In this document: piece after piece, positions 16,710-26,697 of the stretch
Position numbering within the stretch: the stretch's first letter is position 1
How the letters are laid out: every line of letters starts with the position of its first letter
Virus record (IMG/VR): IMGVR_UViG_3300010885_003647
DNA from: an uncultured virus (IMG/VR IMGVR_UViG_3300010885_003647)
Lineage: Duplodnaviria; Heunggongvirae; Uroviricota; Caudoviricetes
Length of the DNA stretch: 64,000 bases
Reading direction: 5' to 3' (one strand)
The notes under the pieces: generated by a model
Databases searched by the model: none
Told to the model about the DNA's origin: nothing
The model's input: the letters and a program-made list of their open reading frames with translations, nothing else
Made by a program: the position numbers and the translations under genes

Positions 16710-17019
16710 GCATTACGTACAGAACCAAGATGCGATAAAACTACGCAACAAAGGTACTAGGAAGAAACGTAGAGAAGACTGGGTAGAGTTTAAATCCGGA
16801 CTTAAGTGCACTAACTGCAACTTCTCCCATCCAGCAGCTCTGGACTTCCACCACGAGGATCCAAGCACAAAAACCGACAACGTATATAAACTTGCGTCGA
16901 ACGGTCAGTACAAGAAAGCCCACGAAGAAATCAAGAAGTGCATAGTGCTGTGCGCTAACTGCCACCGAATACATCATTACGACGAGAAATACTTAGAACC
17001 CCAAATCCTCGCTTCGTAA
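16654..17019 (+). CDS. HNH endonuclease
   Basis: CTNC...LDFHH...LCANCHRIHH. Confidence 0.85.
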   Translation: MPYKDPEVRKRKHAEYSREHYVQNQDAIKLRNKGTRKKRREDWVEFKSGLKCTNCNFSHPAALDFHHEDPSTKTDNVYKLASNGQYKKAHEEIKKCIVLCANCHRIHHYDEKYLEPQILAS

Positions 17020-17070
17020 AAAATAAAACCATGTTAAACTCCAACCAATGACAAACTATACGGGGCGGAC

Positions 17071-17757
17071 ATGCCTATAGTGATTGAGCCAGAATCTGGA
17101 ATACCTTTTCCTTTCGATACAACACCGGAAGAGATTGAGCAATTCAGAGAGCGGGCTAAAGCAGCAGTAGAGACAATTAAAGAAATCGTTGCCCTTGGTG
17201 GCGAAGTAGAAATTACTGAAGAAGACCGGGTAAAGGCCCGAGGTGTTGCAGCGTCTAACGCTCCGCTAAAGATTTCAGAAAAGAATGCGGGGTCGCTAGT
17301 GCATTTAGAAGCGATACTATCCGAATATGACAGGGACTTACTCAACGCCTCTAGTCGCCTCCGCTCCTATGTTACAAACAAACTCCTATTAGAAACCATC
17401 GATGAAGATGCCCGTATAAGGCTCAAAGCTTTAGAACTGCTTGGTAAAGTCGGATCAGTTGGATTGTTTAGTGAGCGCATTGAAGTTAATGTAAAGCATA
17501 GAAACATCGAAGAAGTAGACGCAGAACTAAGCACTATCTTAGAAAAATACCTAGGCGATGTAGTCCCAGCGGTAGAAGATACCGAGTTAGATGACGTGAT
17601 TAAAGAACGCAGCTTGCTTGAAATGACCAATGCAGAGTTAGGCTTGCCTGACCCAGATGCACAAGAAAACCCCCCAAACCCCGAACACCTCCACCGCATA
17701 GAAGATAACGGTCCCCCCACCGCAGAAGAGATCGTAGATGACTTCGATAAGCCCTGA
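17071..17757 (+). CDS. putative terminase small subunit
   Basis: Directly upstream of and overlapping terL; RLKALELLGK motif. Confidence 0.6.
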   Translation: MPIVIEPESGIPFPFDTTPEEIEQFRERAKAAVETIKEIVALGGEVEITEEDRVKARGVAASNAPLKISEKNAGSLVHLEAILSEYDRDLLNASSRLRSYVTNKLLLETIDEDARIRLKALELLGKVGSVGLFSERIEVNVKHRNIEEVDAELSTILEKYLGDVVPAVEDTELDDVIKERSLLEMTNAELGLPDPDAQENPPNPEHLHRIEDNGPPTAEEIVDDFDKP

Positions 17758-19270
17758 GCAACTAAAACTTCTACAAGCTAACAAAGACAAACTTCCTCCA
17801 GAGATAAGAGCGAAGATAGGAAAGCTTTTCGAAGAGCGCAGTGATATTACTGCCCAAGAAGAAGCTAAAGACAATTTCATGACCTACGTTAACTACGTCT
17901 GGCCTAATTTTATTCATGGTCGGCATCACGTCAAGATGGCTCAGGCGTTCGAAAGGGTGGCAAATGGGGAGTGTAAAAGGCTGATTATCAACATGCCTCC
18001 GCGCCATACGAAAAGCGAGTTCGCCTCATACCTACTACCTGCTTGGTTTCTAGGTAAATACCCTGGTAAGAAAGTCATTCAAACATCTCACACTGCTGAA
18101 TTGGCTGTAGGCTTTGGTCGTAAAGTACGTAACTTAGTTGATTCGGACGTATATAAGAACATTTTTCCAGACGTTGCACTCCAGTCTGACTCTAAAGCAG
18201 CGGGTCGTTGGGCTACTAACAAGGGTGGTGACTATTTCGCTATCGGTGTTGGGGGTGCGGTTACGGGAAAAGGTGCAGACTTATTGATTATTGATGACCC
18301 ACACTCTGAGCAAGAGGCTACGATTGCCGAATTGAACCCAGAAGTCTACGATAAAACCCACGAATGGTACACATCAGGTCCTCGTCAGCGTCTACAACCG
18401 GGCGGAGCCATCGTAATTGTTATGACACGGTGGTCAAAACGGGATTTAACGGGACAAGTATTGAAAAGTGCGGCTCAAAGAAGCGGAGAAACGTGGGAAG
18501 TCATTGAATTTCCTGCAATTTTGCCGTCTGGGAACCCTCTGTGGCCTGAATTTTGGTCAAAAGCGGAGCTAGAAGCCTTACATCAGGAACTTCCTAACGG
18601 AAAATGGATGGCGCAGTACATGCAGCAGCCAACCTCAGACGTAAATGCGATTATTAAGCGTGAATGGTGGAAAGTTTGGGAGAAAGAAGACCCTCCTTAC
18701 TGTGAATTCCTCATACAAAGCTGGGATACGGCGTTTTTAAAGACAGAACGTAGCGATTACTCGGCGTGTACTACCTGGGGCGTGTTTTATAAAGCGGATG
18801 ATACGGGGCGTGAGCAGGCTAACATTATTTTGCTCAATGCGTTTAAAAAGCGTATGGAGTTTCCGGAGTTAAAGCAGCGGGCGCAGCAAGAGTACAAAGA
18901 ATGGGAGCCAGATGCGTTGATTGTGGAGGCTAAAGCGTCAGGAGCGCCACTTGTTTTTGAATTAAGGGCTATGGGAATTCCGGTCCAAGAGTATACTCCT
19001 AGTAGAGGTAATGATAAAATTGCGAGACTAAACGCGGTGGCGGATATTTTTGCGTCTGGTCATGTATGGGTCCCGAACACACACTGGGCTGAAGAATTGG
19101 TTGAAGAAGTAGCGTCGTTTCCTTCGGGGGAGCATGATGACCTAGTCGATAGCATGTCGCAAGCTATGCTGAGATATCGTAAGGGTGGTTTTATCAGATT
19201 ACCGTCGGACGAGGAAGATGAAGTAAGAGAATTTAAATCTAGCCGCAATCGCGGTTATTACAACGTATAG
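17738..19270 (+). CDS. terL: terminase large subunit
   Basis: NMPPRHTKS (Walker A), LIIDDP (Walker B), QSWDTA, HDDLVDS nuclease motifs. Confidence 0.95.
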   Translation: MTSISPEQLKLLQANKDKLPPEIRAKIGKLFEERSDITAQEEAKDNFMTYVNYVWPNFIHGRHHVKMAQAFERVANGECKRLIINMPPRHTKSEFASYLLPAWFLGKYPGKKVIQTSHTAELAVGFGRKVRNLVDSDVYKNIFPDVALQSDSKAAGRWATNKGGDYFAIGVGGAVTGKGADLLIIDDPHSEQEATIAELNPEVYDKTHEWYTSGPRQRLQPGGAIVIVMTRWSKRDLTGQVLKSAAQRSGETWEVIEFPAILPSGNPLWPEFWSKAELEALHQELPNGKWMAQYMQQPTSDVNAIIKREWWKVWEKEDPPYCEFLIQSWDTAFLKTERSDYSACTTWGVFYKADDTGREQANIILLNAFKKRMEFPELKQRAQQEYKEWEPDALIVEAKASGAPLVFELRAMGIPVQEYTPSRGNDKIARLNAVADIFASGHVWVPNTHWAEELVEEVASFPSGEHDDLVDSMSQAMLRYRKGGFIRLPSDEEDEVREFKSSRNRGYYNV

Positions 19271-19277
19271 GTAAATT

Positions 19278-21782
19278 ATGGCAACAAACATTGACAAAGC
19301 ACTCTACGCAGCTCCTGAAGGACTTGAGGCATTAGGTGTAGGCGAACCTGAGATCGAGATCGAGATTGAGGATCCAGAAGCAGTAACGATTGGTATGGAT
19401 GGTTTAGAGATTGAGATTGAACCTGAAGAGGAAGATGACTTTTCAGAAAACTTAGCTGAGTCTTTGAATGAAGGTGAGTTAGCACAACTTGCTGGTGATT
19501 TGATTGGTGACTTTGAATCTGACTTAGCGTCAAGAAAAGATTGGATCCAAACATACGTTGATGGTCTTGAACTTCTTGGTATGAAGATTGAAGAGCGTAG
19601 TGAACCTTGGGAAGGCGCGTGTGGTGTGTATCATCCGATCCTTGGAGAGGCAATCGTAAAGTTCCAATCCGAAACAATGATGGCTACATTCCCTGCAGCT
19701 GGTCCAGTAAAGACTCAGATCATTGGTAAAGAAACCCCAGAGAAAAAAGAATCCGCAGAACGTGTCAAAGATGACATGAACTATCAGTTAACCGATTTAA
19801 TGCAAGAGTACCGTCCTGAGCATGAGCGTATGTTATGGGGCTTGGGTCTTGCTGGTAATGCGTTTAAGAAAGTGTACATTGATCCTGCGTTAGGTCGTCA
19901 AGTTTCTATGTATGTACCTGCTGAAGATATGGTAGTGCCTTATGGTGCGTCTTCTCTTGAGACAGCAGATCGTGTAACTCACATCATGCGTAAGACTGAG
20001 AACGAGATGAATCGTTTGCAAGCAGCTGGGTTCTATCGTGATGTAGATTTAGGCACACCTGATAACGTTCTTGATGAAGTTGAGAAGAAAATTGCTGAGA
20101 AGTTAGGCTTCCGTGCGTCATCCGATGATCGCTATAAAGTTTTAGAAATGCACGTGAACTTGGACTTGCCAGGATACGAGCACAAAGATGAAGATGGTGA
20201 AGAGACCGGGATCGGTCTACCGTATGTAGTGACTATTGAGAAGGGCAGCAATACTGTTCTATCTATTCGTCGTAACTGGGACCCTGAAGATGACAAACAA
20301 CAAAAACGACAGCACTTCGTTCATTATGGATATATTCCAGGCTTTGGCTTTTATTGCTTTGGTCTTATTCACCTTATTGGCGCTTTCGCTAAATCTGGTA
20401 CTTCAATCCTCCGTCAGCTCGTGGATGCGGGTTCCCTTGCAAACTTGCCAGGTGGCTTTAAAACCCGTGGCTTGCGAATCAAAGGCGACGACACACCGAT
20501 AGCCCCAGGCGAATTCCGTGACGTAGATGTACCGTCTGGTGTAATGAAAGACAACGTAATGCCACTCCCGTACAAGGAGCCTAGCCAAGTCTTAGCTGGA
20601 TTGCTTGATAAGATTATTCAAGAAGGTCGTGCGTTTGCTTCTGCTGGTGATATGAAGATTGCTGACATGTCAGCTAATTCTCCAGTTGGAACTACTCTGG
20701 CTATTTTAGAGCGCACACTCAAAGTGATGTCAGCTATTCAGGCTCGCATCCACTACTCAATGAAACAAGAGTTCAAACTCTTAAAGAAAATTATTGCGGA
20801 GTTTACACCTGATGAGTATAGCTATGAGCCTGTCGAAGGTTCGCCACGCGCGAAAAAGTCGGACTATGACAACGTTGACGTTATCCCGGTTTCTGACCCG
20901 AATGCAGCTACAATGGCGCAGAAGATCGTTCAGTACCAAGCAGTTCTCCAATTGGCTCAACAAGCGCCTCAACTTTATAACCTCCCACTCTTACACAGGC
21001 AGATGCTCGATGTCCTCGGCATTAAGGATGCAGCGAAACTTGTCCCGATGGCAGATGACCAGAAGCCAGAAGACCCAGTAACAGAGAATCAAAGCTTCTT
21101 AACTAACAAACCTGTCAAAGCGTTTGTAGGTCAAAACCATGCAGCGCATATTGCCGTTCATATGTCTATGGCCCAAGATCCAAAGATTCAAGCGTTGGTA
21201 CAACAAAGCCCAATGAAACCTCAGATCGAAGCAGCACTGATGGCTCACGTACAAGAGCACTTAGGTATGCAGTACCGTGTTGAGATTGAGCAGAAGTTAG
21301 GTATGTCATTACCTCCAATGCAAGATGAGTCTGGTGAACCGTTCCACATGGACCCAGAAGTTGAAGCTCGTTTGGCACCGATGTTGGCTCAAGCAGCAGT
21401 TCAATTGACGCAACAAAACCAACAGCAAGCTCAGCAACAAAAAGCGCAACAACAGGCGCAAGATCCGATTGTTCAAATGCAACAAGCCGAACTTCAGATT
21501 AAAGCTGCTGACCAAGCCCGTAAAGAGAGAAAAGATCAAACTGATGCAATGCTCAAACAAGAGCAACTTGACATTGAGCGCGAGCGTATTAATTCTCAAT
21601 CTACAGCCGAGCAAGCAAGAACAGCAGTACAAGTTCTGCAGTCTCAAGAAAAAGCACAAGCCGATTTTGCTAAACAATCCGCTACCCATAGTCACGAAAC
21701 AGAAAAACAAAAACGTGACATATTGGCTAAGCATATAGCAGGTCAATCAAACAAAGTAGAGAAACCTAAGAAAGGTGAATAA
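19278..21782 (+). CDS. portal protein
   Basis: 834 aa following terL, with a Q-rich coiled-coil C-terminus as in P22-like portals. Confidence 0.85.
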   Translation: MATNIDKALYAAPEGLEALGVGEPEIEIEIEDPEAVTIGMDGLEIEIEPEEEDDFSENLAESLNEGELAQLAGDLIGDFESDLASRKDWIQTYVDGLELLGMKIEERSEPWEGACGVYHPILGEAIVKFQSETMMATFPAAGPVKTQIIGKETPEKKESAERVKDDMNYQLTDLMQEYRPEHERMLWGLGLAGNAFKKVYIDPALGRQVSMYVPAEDMVVPYGASSLETADRVTHIMRKTENEMNRLQAAGFYRDVDLGTPDNVLDEVEKKIAEKLGFRASSDDRYKVLEMHVNLDLPGYEHKDEDGEETGIGLPYVVTIEKGSNTVLSIRRNWDPEDDKQQKRQHFVHYGYIPGFGFYCFGLIHLIGAFAKSGTSILRQLVDAGSLANLPGGFKTRGLRIKGDDTPIAPGEFRDVDVPSGVMKDNVMPLPYKEPSQVLAGLLDKIIQEGRAFASAGDMKIADMSANSPVGTTLAILERTLKVMSAIQARIHYSMKQEFKLLKKIIAEFTPDEYSYEPVEGSPRAKKSDYDNVDVIPVSDPNAATMAQKIVQYQAVLQLAQQAPQLYNLPLLHRQMLDVLGIKDAAKLVPMADDQKPEDPVTENQSFLTNKPVKAFVGQNHAAHIAVHMSMAQDPKIQALVQQSPMKPQIEAALMAHVQEHLGMQYRVEIEQKLGMSLPPMQDESGEPFHMDPEVEARLAPMLAQAAVQLTQQNQQQAQQQKAQQQAQDPIVQMQQAELQIKAADQARKERKDQTDAMLKQEQLDIERERINSQSTAEQARTAVQVLQSQEKAQADFAKQSATHSHETEKQKRDILAKHIAGQSNKVEKPKKGE

Positions 21783-21979
21783 TGCTTGAAAAAGGACTGA
21801 ATCATTTATTACATCAAATAGATGAAAAAGTGGGGATTCTACAGGAGTCCCTCGGTAAAGGCACTGTCCCAGACTATGCTGGATACCAACGGATGTGCGG
21901 TGAGATACAGGGTCTGCTAACCGCCCGTCTAAATATATTAGACCTTCGTAAAAACTTGGAGCACTCTGACGATGAGTAA
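21782..21979 (+). CDS. hypothetical protein
   Basis: 65 aa, YQRMCGEIQGL, coupled to the portal gene. Confidence 0.75.
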   Translation: MLEKGLNHLLHQIDEKVGILQESLGKGTVPDYAGYQRMCGEIQGLLTARLNILDLRKNLEHSDDE

Positions 21980-22379
21980 TCTAGATTTATCCCAAGCAGT
22001 AGATTTAACAGCAATTATGAACAAAGCTTCGCAAGACAAAGCAAAGCAACTCCCTAAACCTTCTGGCTACAGAATTCTATGTGCTATCCCCGAAACTGAG
22101 GAAGCATTCGAAAGCGGCATTATTAAAGCGGACGAAACCCGCCGACATGATGAAGTTTTAACCACAGTTCTTTTTATTGTGGATTTAGGCCCAGATTGTT
22201 ACGCTGATAAAGAAAGGTTCCCAAACGGTCCCTGGTGCAAACAAGGTGATTTTGTTTTAGTCCGTCCCAATGCAGGAACCCGTCTGGTAATTCATGACCG
22301 CGAATTCAGGATCATTAATGATGATTCAGTTGAAGCAGTTGTTGAAGACCCAAGAGGAATCAAACGTAAGTTTATTTAA
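21972..22379 (+). CDS. groES: GroES-like co-chaperonin
   Basis: PKPSGYRILC...ESGII...GPDCY...GDFVL...FRIINDDSVEAVV. Confidence 0.85.
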   Translation: MSNLDLSQAVDLTAIMNKASQDKAKQLPKPSGYRILCAIPETEEAFESGIIKADETRRHDEVLTTVLFIVDLGPDCYADKERFPNGPWCKQGDFVLVRPNAGTRLVIHDREFRIINDDSVEAVVEDPRGIKRKFI

Positions 22380-22389
22380 GGAGTAAGAC

Positions 22390-23370
22390 ATGGATCAAGT
22401 AGAATTTACCTTCCCAGATGAGGAAAAAGAAGTAAAACCCCAAATGGAGCAAGAAACACCAGATATCGAAATCGAGATTGAAGACGATACCCCACCAGAT
22501 GATCGCAACCGTAAACCGATTGATAAGGAAACTGTCAAGAAGCTTGAGGTAGAAGTTGATGAACTAGATAAGTACAGTTCTGAAGCTAAAGATAAGCTGA
22601 TTAAGATGAAAAAAGTCTGGCACGATGAGCGCCGACGTGCTGATTCTGCTCAAAGAGAGCAACAAGAAGCTATTGCTATTGCTAAAAAACTAATGGAAGA
22701 GAACAAGAGTTTAAAGTCTAAGCTCTCCACTGGTGAAGAGGAATACGTTAGCGCTTCTAAAGAAACAGCCGTTTTGGAGTTAGCTGCAGCTAAAAAAGCA
22801 TATAAAGATGCCTACGATGCAGGGGATTCAGATCAATTAGTCGATGCACAAGAACGCCTAACTATGGCTAAGATTAAGGTAGATAAATTGGAGAATCACA
22901 ACCCAATTTACAAAAAACCTGTCGAAGTTGAAGGAAATGAGGTACAAAGCAATCAACAGCAACCTAATCCTAGACCTGACAAACGTGCTGCGGCTTGGCA
23001 AGAAACTAACAGTTGGTTCGGTCAAGACGAAGAAATGACTAGTTTAGCGTTAGGATTGCATGAGAAGTTAAAACGAACCGGGGTACCAATTGGTTCGGAT
23101 GAGTATTACGATGCTATTGACACAACAATGCGTCGCCGTTTTCCAGAGTCTTTTGAGGACAATCAAGAGGAAGTGGAAGAAGTTAAGGAAAGTAGGACTG
23201 AAGAACCACAGAAAACTTCTAAGCCGAAATCAAGCACGGTAGTGGCTCCGGCCTCGCGCAGTACAGCTCCGAAGAAAATTCGGTTAAGTAATACGCAAGT
23301 AGCCCTAGCGAAGAAGTTAGGTCTTACCCCTGAGCAGTACGCCCGTGAACTAACAAAATTGGAGGCCTAA
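22390..23370 (+). CDS. putative capsid scaffolding protein
   Basis: Acidic coiled coil with C-terminal AKKLGLTPEQYA, located before the capsid genes. Confidence 0.7.
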   Translation: MDQVEFTFPDEEKEVKPQMEQETPDIEIEIEDDTPPDDRNRKPIDKETVKKLEVEVDELDKYSSEAKDKLIKMKKVWHDERRRADSAQREQQEAIAIAKKLMEENKSLKSKLSTGEEEYVSASKETAVLELAAAKKAYKDAYDAGDSDQLVDAQERLTMAKIKVDKLENHNPIYKKPVEVEGNEVQSNQQQPNPRPDKRAAAWQETNSWFGQDEEMTSLALGLHEKLKRTGVPIGSDEYYDAIDTTMRRRFPESFEDNQEEVEEVKESRTEEPQKTSKPKSSTVVAPASRSTAPKKIRLSNTQVALAKKLGLTPEQYARELTKLEA

Positions 23371-23371
23371 G

Positions 23372-23821
23372 ATGGCTAGTAACAAATTAACACGCGAATT
23401 GGAAAACAGAGAATTAACGGAGCGCCCTAAGCAGTGGCAGCAACCGGAGCTTCTCCCTGAGCCTGACAAAGAGGCTGGTTTTGCATATCGTTGGATTCGT
23501 GTTGCAACTTTAAATACCGCTGATCCACGCAACTTATCCGCTAAATTGCGAGAAGGTTGGGAGCCAGTAAGAATTGAAGAACAACCTAAATTCCAACTGC
23601 TAATTGATCCCAATAGTCGTTTTAAAGACAACATTGAGATTGGTGGATTATTGCTTTGCAAGACTCCTATTGAGTTTGTTAAACAGCGTAATGACTATTA
23701 CACTAAACAGACAGATGCTCAAACGGATGCTGTAGATAATAATTTAATGCGTCAAAGCGACCCAAGGATGCCCCTTTTCAAAGAAGGCAAATCTACGACC
23801 AGCTTTGGCAATGGTAGTTAA
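23372..23821 (+). CDS. conserved head-module hypothetical protein
   Basis: YRWIR...LREGWEPV...GGLLLCK. Confidence 0.75.
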   Translation: MASNKLTRELENRELTERPKQWQQPELLPEPDKEAGFAYRWIRVATLNTADPRNLSAKLREGWEPVRIEEQPKFQLLIDPNSRFKDNIEIGGLLLCKTPIEFVKQRNDYYTKQTDAQTDAVDNNLMRQSDPRMPLFKEGKSTTSFGNGS

Positions 23822-23846
23822 AACTTTATTCATATCGGAGAATTAA

Positions 23847-24473
23847 ATGGCTTATCCAACCGTTTCAGCTCCCTATGGTCTATTACCTGTAAACCGTATT
23901 GACTTCATGCCATATGCTGGCGCGACACGTCAATTGCCAATCGCGAGTACTTATAATACTCAGATTTTCTACGGTGACATCGTACAGATCAAAGGCGGCA
24001 ACATTATCAAATCTAACGTTACTGTAGATTCCACAACTGACAACACTGCTAACTTAACTTACGGCGTTTTCATGGGTGTTCAGTACGTTAATACTCAAAG
24101 TCAAACTGTTCAAGCTCAGTACTACCCAGGTAACTCTGCAGCTTCTTCAGCCGTAGCTTATGTTGTAGATGACGCATCTGCTGCGTTCAAAGTGGCAATT
24201 ACCTATTCTGGTAACGCTACTATTACTACAGCTAATGCTTCTGTAGTTGGTTCTAACTTGACAATTCGTCAAGGTACTGGCTCTACTATTTCTGGTGACT
24301 CTGGTGTTTCAGTTATTGCTCCTGTAGCAGGTACTGGAAATGCAGCAGCGTGGCCTGTTCGTGTAGTAGCAGTAGTTCCAGAAACAGCAACGGGTAACAA
24401 CGCTTATACTGAAGTGTTTGTTAAATTGAACAACCCACAAATTCTGTTAGCTTCGGCTCAGAATTACAACTAA
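23847..24473 (+). CDS. putative capsid decoration / minor head protein
   Basis: Beta-rich 208-aa protein directly before the major capsid gene. Confidence 0.6.
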   Translation: MAYPTVSAPYGLLPVNRIDFMPYAGATRQLPIASTYNTQIFYGDIVQIKGGNIIKSNVTVDSTTDNTANLTYGVFMGVQYVNTQSQTVQAQYYPGNSAASSAVAYVVDDASAAFKVAITYSGNATITTANASVVGSNLTIRQGTGSTISGDSGVSVIAPVAGTGNAAAWPVRVVAVVPETATGNNAYTEVFVKLNNPQILLASAQNYN

Positions 24474-24484
24474 GGAGCTATTAA

Positions 24485-25393
24485 ATGGCTATTTCACGCG
24501 CACAGCTCCTAAAAGAGCTACTCCCAGGACTCAATGCCTTGTTTGGACTTGAGTACGCTCGCTACGGCGAAGAGCACAAAGAAGTGTATGACACAGAAAC
24601 TTCTGAGCGTTCATTCGAAGAAGAAACCAAATTGTCTGGCTTCTCAGCCGCCCCAGTTAAAAACGAAGGCTCTGCGATTGCTTATGACAACGGACAAGAG
24701 GCTTGGACAGCTCGTTACAACCATCAGACTATCGCAATGGGCTTCAGCTTAACTGAAGAAGCTATCGAAGATAACTTGTATGACTCTTTGTCAGCTCGTT
24801 ATACTAAGGCATTGGCTCGTTCTATGGCTTACACGAAGCAAGTCAAGGCTGCTGCTGTATTGAACAACGGCTTCAACTCTGGTTATACTGGTGGTGACGG
24901 TCAACCTTTGTTCTCTAACGCACATCCATTGGTTTCTGGCGGCACTAACAGCAACATTCCATCTACCCCTGCTGACTTAAACGAGACTTCTTTAGAAGCT
25001 GCCGTTATTCAGATTAGCTTGTGGACAGACGAACGTAGTTTGTTGATTGCATCACGTCCTAAGAAATTGATCGTTCCTCCTTCACTCCAGTTCGTTGCAA
25101 CTCGCTTGCTTGAAACTGAATTACGTGTTGGTACAAACGACAACGACATCAACGCATTGAAGAACAATGGTTCTATTGCTGAAGGCTATGCAATTAACCA
25201 CTTCTTGACAGACACAAATGCTTGGTTCTTGACGACAGATGTTCCTAACGGTATGAAGCACTTTGTTCGTACACCTTTGAGCAACTCTATGGACGGCGAC
25301 TTCGATACAGGTAACGTACGTTACAAGTCTCGTGAGCGTTATTCATTCGGCTGGTCAGATCCACTCGGAATGTTCGGTTCCGCAGGTGCTTAA
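24485..25393 (+). CDS. major capsid protein (Mu gpT-like, HK97 fold)
   Basis: MAISRAQLLKELLPGLNALFG...DGQPLFSNAHP...PKKLIVPP...RERYSFGWSDP; strong SD and codon bias; followed by a terminator. Confidence 0.9.
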   Translation: MAISRAQLLKELLPGLNALFGLEYARYGEEHKEVYDTETSERSFEEETKLSGFSAAPVKNEGSAIAYDNGQEAWTARYNHQTIAMGFSLTEEAIEDNLYDSLSARYTKALARSMAYTKQVKAAAVLNNGFNSGYTGGDGQPLFSNAHPLVSGGTNSNIPSTPADLNETSLEAAVIQISLWTDERSLLIASRPKKLIVPPSLQFVATRLLETELRVGTNDNDINALKNNGSIAEGYAINHFLTDTNAWFLTTDVPNGMKHFVRTPLSNSMDGDFDTGNVRYKSRERYSFGWSDPLGMFGSAGA

Positions 25394-25428
25394 TCACTAA
25401 GCCCTAAATCAAACGTAAAGAAGTTTGG

Positions 25429-25458
25429 ACCCCGCTCAAAAGGCGGGGTTTTTCTTTT
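25429..25458 (+). terminator. rho-independent terminator
   Basis: ACCCCGC-TCAAAAG-GCGGGGT followed by TTTTCTTTT. Confidence 0.85.
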
Positions 25459-25466
25459 ATAAAAAG

Positions 25467-25495
25467 CTTACACAAAGCTAAAAACGTAGTACTAT
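25467..25495 (+). promoter_or_regulatory. putative sigma70 promoter
   Basis: CTTACA-17 bp-TACTAT. Confidence 0.45.
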
Positions 25496-25501
25496 TAAGG
25501 T

Positions 25502-25580
25502 ATCCGGGAAATCCGGCCTATTAGACTGTCCCGGCAGACGACATACCGACTATTAGGCTTTATCTTGTATGTAAGGACAA
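25502..25580 (+). ncRNA. pseudoknotted RNA element downstream of the capsid gene (Mu-gpT-DE-like)
   Basis: Three crossing helices, CCGGGA/TCCCGG, GCCTATTAG/CTATTAGGC and ACATAC/GTATGT, the last abutting the SD. Confidence 0.55.
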
Positions 25581-25586
25581 TTTATT

Positions 25587-26096
25587 ATGGCAACATCAAC
25601 TACCTCGTCAATCTGGCGCTCTACTGGTGGCGATACAACTCGCACCGCATCTGCTGGCTCTATGGAAATGGTTCAGCCTTTCTATATTGCTAACGTAGCA
25701 GTATCTTCAAACGTTGCTGCAGCAGCAAACGTAACTAGTGGTTTATCTAACGCAGCGGTTATTCTGCCTGCTGGCGCAATTATCGACACCATCGTTTTCA
25801 CAGTAGCTGGTGGTACTGGCACTGTAGACTTAGGGTTTACCCCACTAGTCGGCGTAGGCCCTGGTCAAGTTGGCACTTTAGGTACTAACGTTCCTTCAGC
25901 TTACTTAGCTGGTGCAGTTAGCTCAGCACGTGCTACTTTCGTTACTGGCGGTGCAAACGTTGGAACTACTACAGGCGCAATCGCTAACGCGACAAACTTG
26001 GTTGTTCTGACTTCTGCAGCTAATAGCGCTACCACTGGTTCAGTTACTGGATTTATTAAGTACTTCGTGCCTACTGGCGGTCAAGAGAACGTTTAA
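25587..26096 (+). CDS. putative virion structural protein
   Basis: ILPAGAII motif, Ala/Thr/Gly-rich. Confidence 0.7.
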   Translation: MATSTTSSIWRSTGGDTTRTASAGSMEMVQPFYIANVAVSSNVAAAANVTSGLSNAAVILPAGAIIDTIVFTVAGGTGTVDLGFTPLVGVGPGQVGTLGTNVPSAYLAGAVSSARATFVTGGANVGTTTGAIANATNLVVLTSAANSATTGSVTGFIKYFVPTGGQENV

Positions 26097-26146
26097 TTAA
26101 TCTGACGGGGGAGTCATCCCCCACTTAAATCTTTAGGAGATTAATT

Positions 26147-26473
26147 ATGAGAGGTGTTTCTTTAACCGTTACTGGCGCTGGAACTTCCAACGTTATTGCT
26201 TTAGACAACTATGTTAGCCCATTTAACGTGGGTTTTGGCGTTGTTGTAAGCAGCGGCGCGACTGTTACTTATACTGTTCAACACACATTTGACAACGTTT
26301 TTGCACCTGGATTTAGCGCGTCTAACGCCACTTGGTTCTCACACGAGGACTTGGTTGCTCAGACCGACAATCAAGACGGCAACTACGCTTTCCCAGTTTC
26401 AGGGATTCGTTTGAATGTGGCAACTAGCAACGGCACGGTAACTATTACGGCGATCCAAGCAGGAATTGCTTAA
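26147..26473 (+). CDS. putative virion structural protein
   Basis: YTVQHTFD...GNYAFPVSGIRL; AGGAG SD. Confidence 0.75.
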   Translation: MRGVSLTVTGAGTSNVIALDNYVSPFNVGFGVVVSSGATVTYTVQHTFDNVFAPGFSASNATWFSHEDLVAQTDNQDGNYAFPVSGIRLNVATSNGTVTITAIQAGIA

Positions 26474-26695
26474 ATGGGAGTCTCTTCTAAAACTGGGGTA
26501 AGCGATTATGCTAATACCACGGACGGAAGAGCTTTCGGTGTCTCTGCCATAAACAGCGGAGGTACTGATTCCGTTGGCGGCTCAGGCGTTGTTGTCCTAT
26601 TTGGCGGCGAGCCTGGTGCTATTAGCCATATCTTGGCGCAAGACTTGGACTTTATTACTACCGAAGACGGTAATCAATTTATAACTCAGAGCTAG
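26474..26695 (+). CDS. hypothetical virion protein
   Basis: 73 aa, C-terminal ITTEDGNQFIT motif. Confidence 0.65.
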   Translation: MGVSSKTGVSDYANTTDGRAFGVSAINSGGTDSVGGSGVVVLFGGEPGAISHILAQDLDFITTEDGNQFITQS

Positions 26696-26697
26696 TC

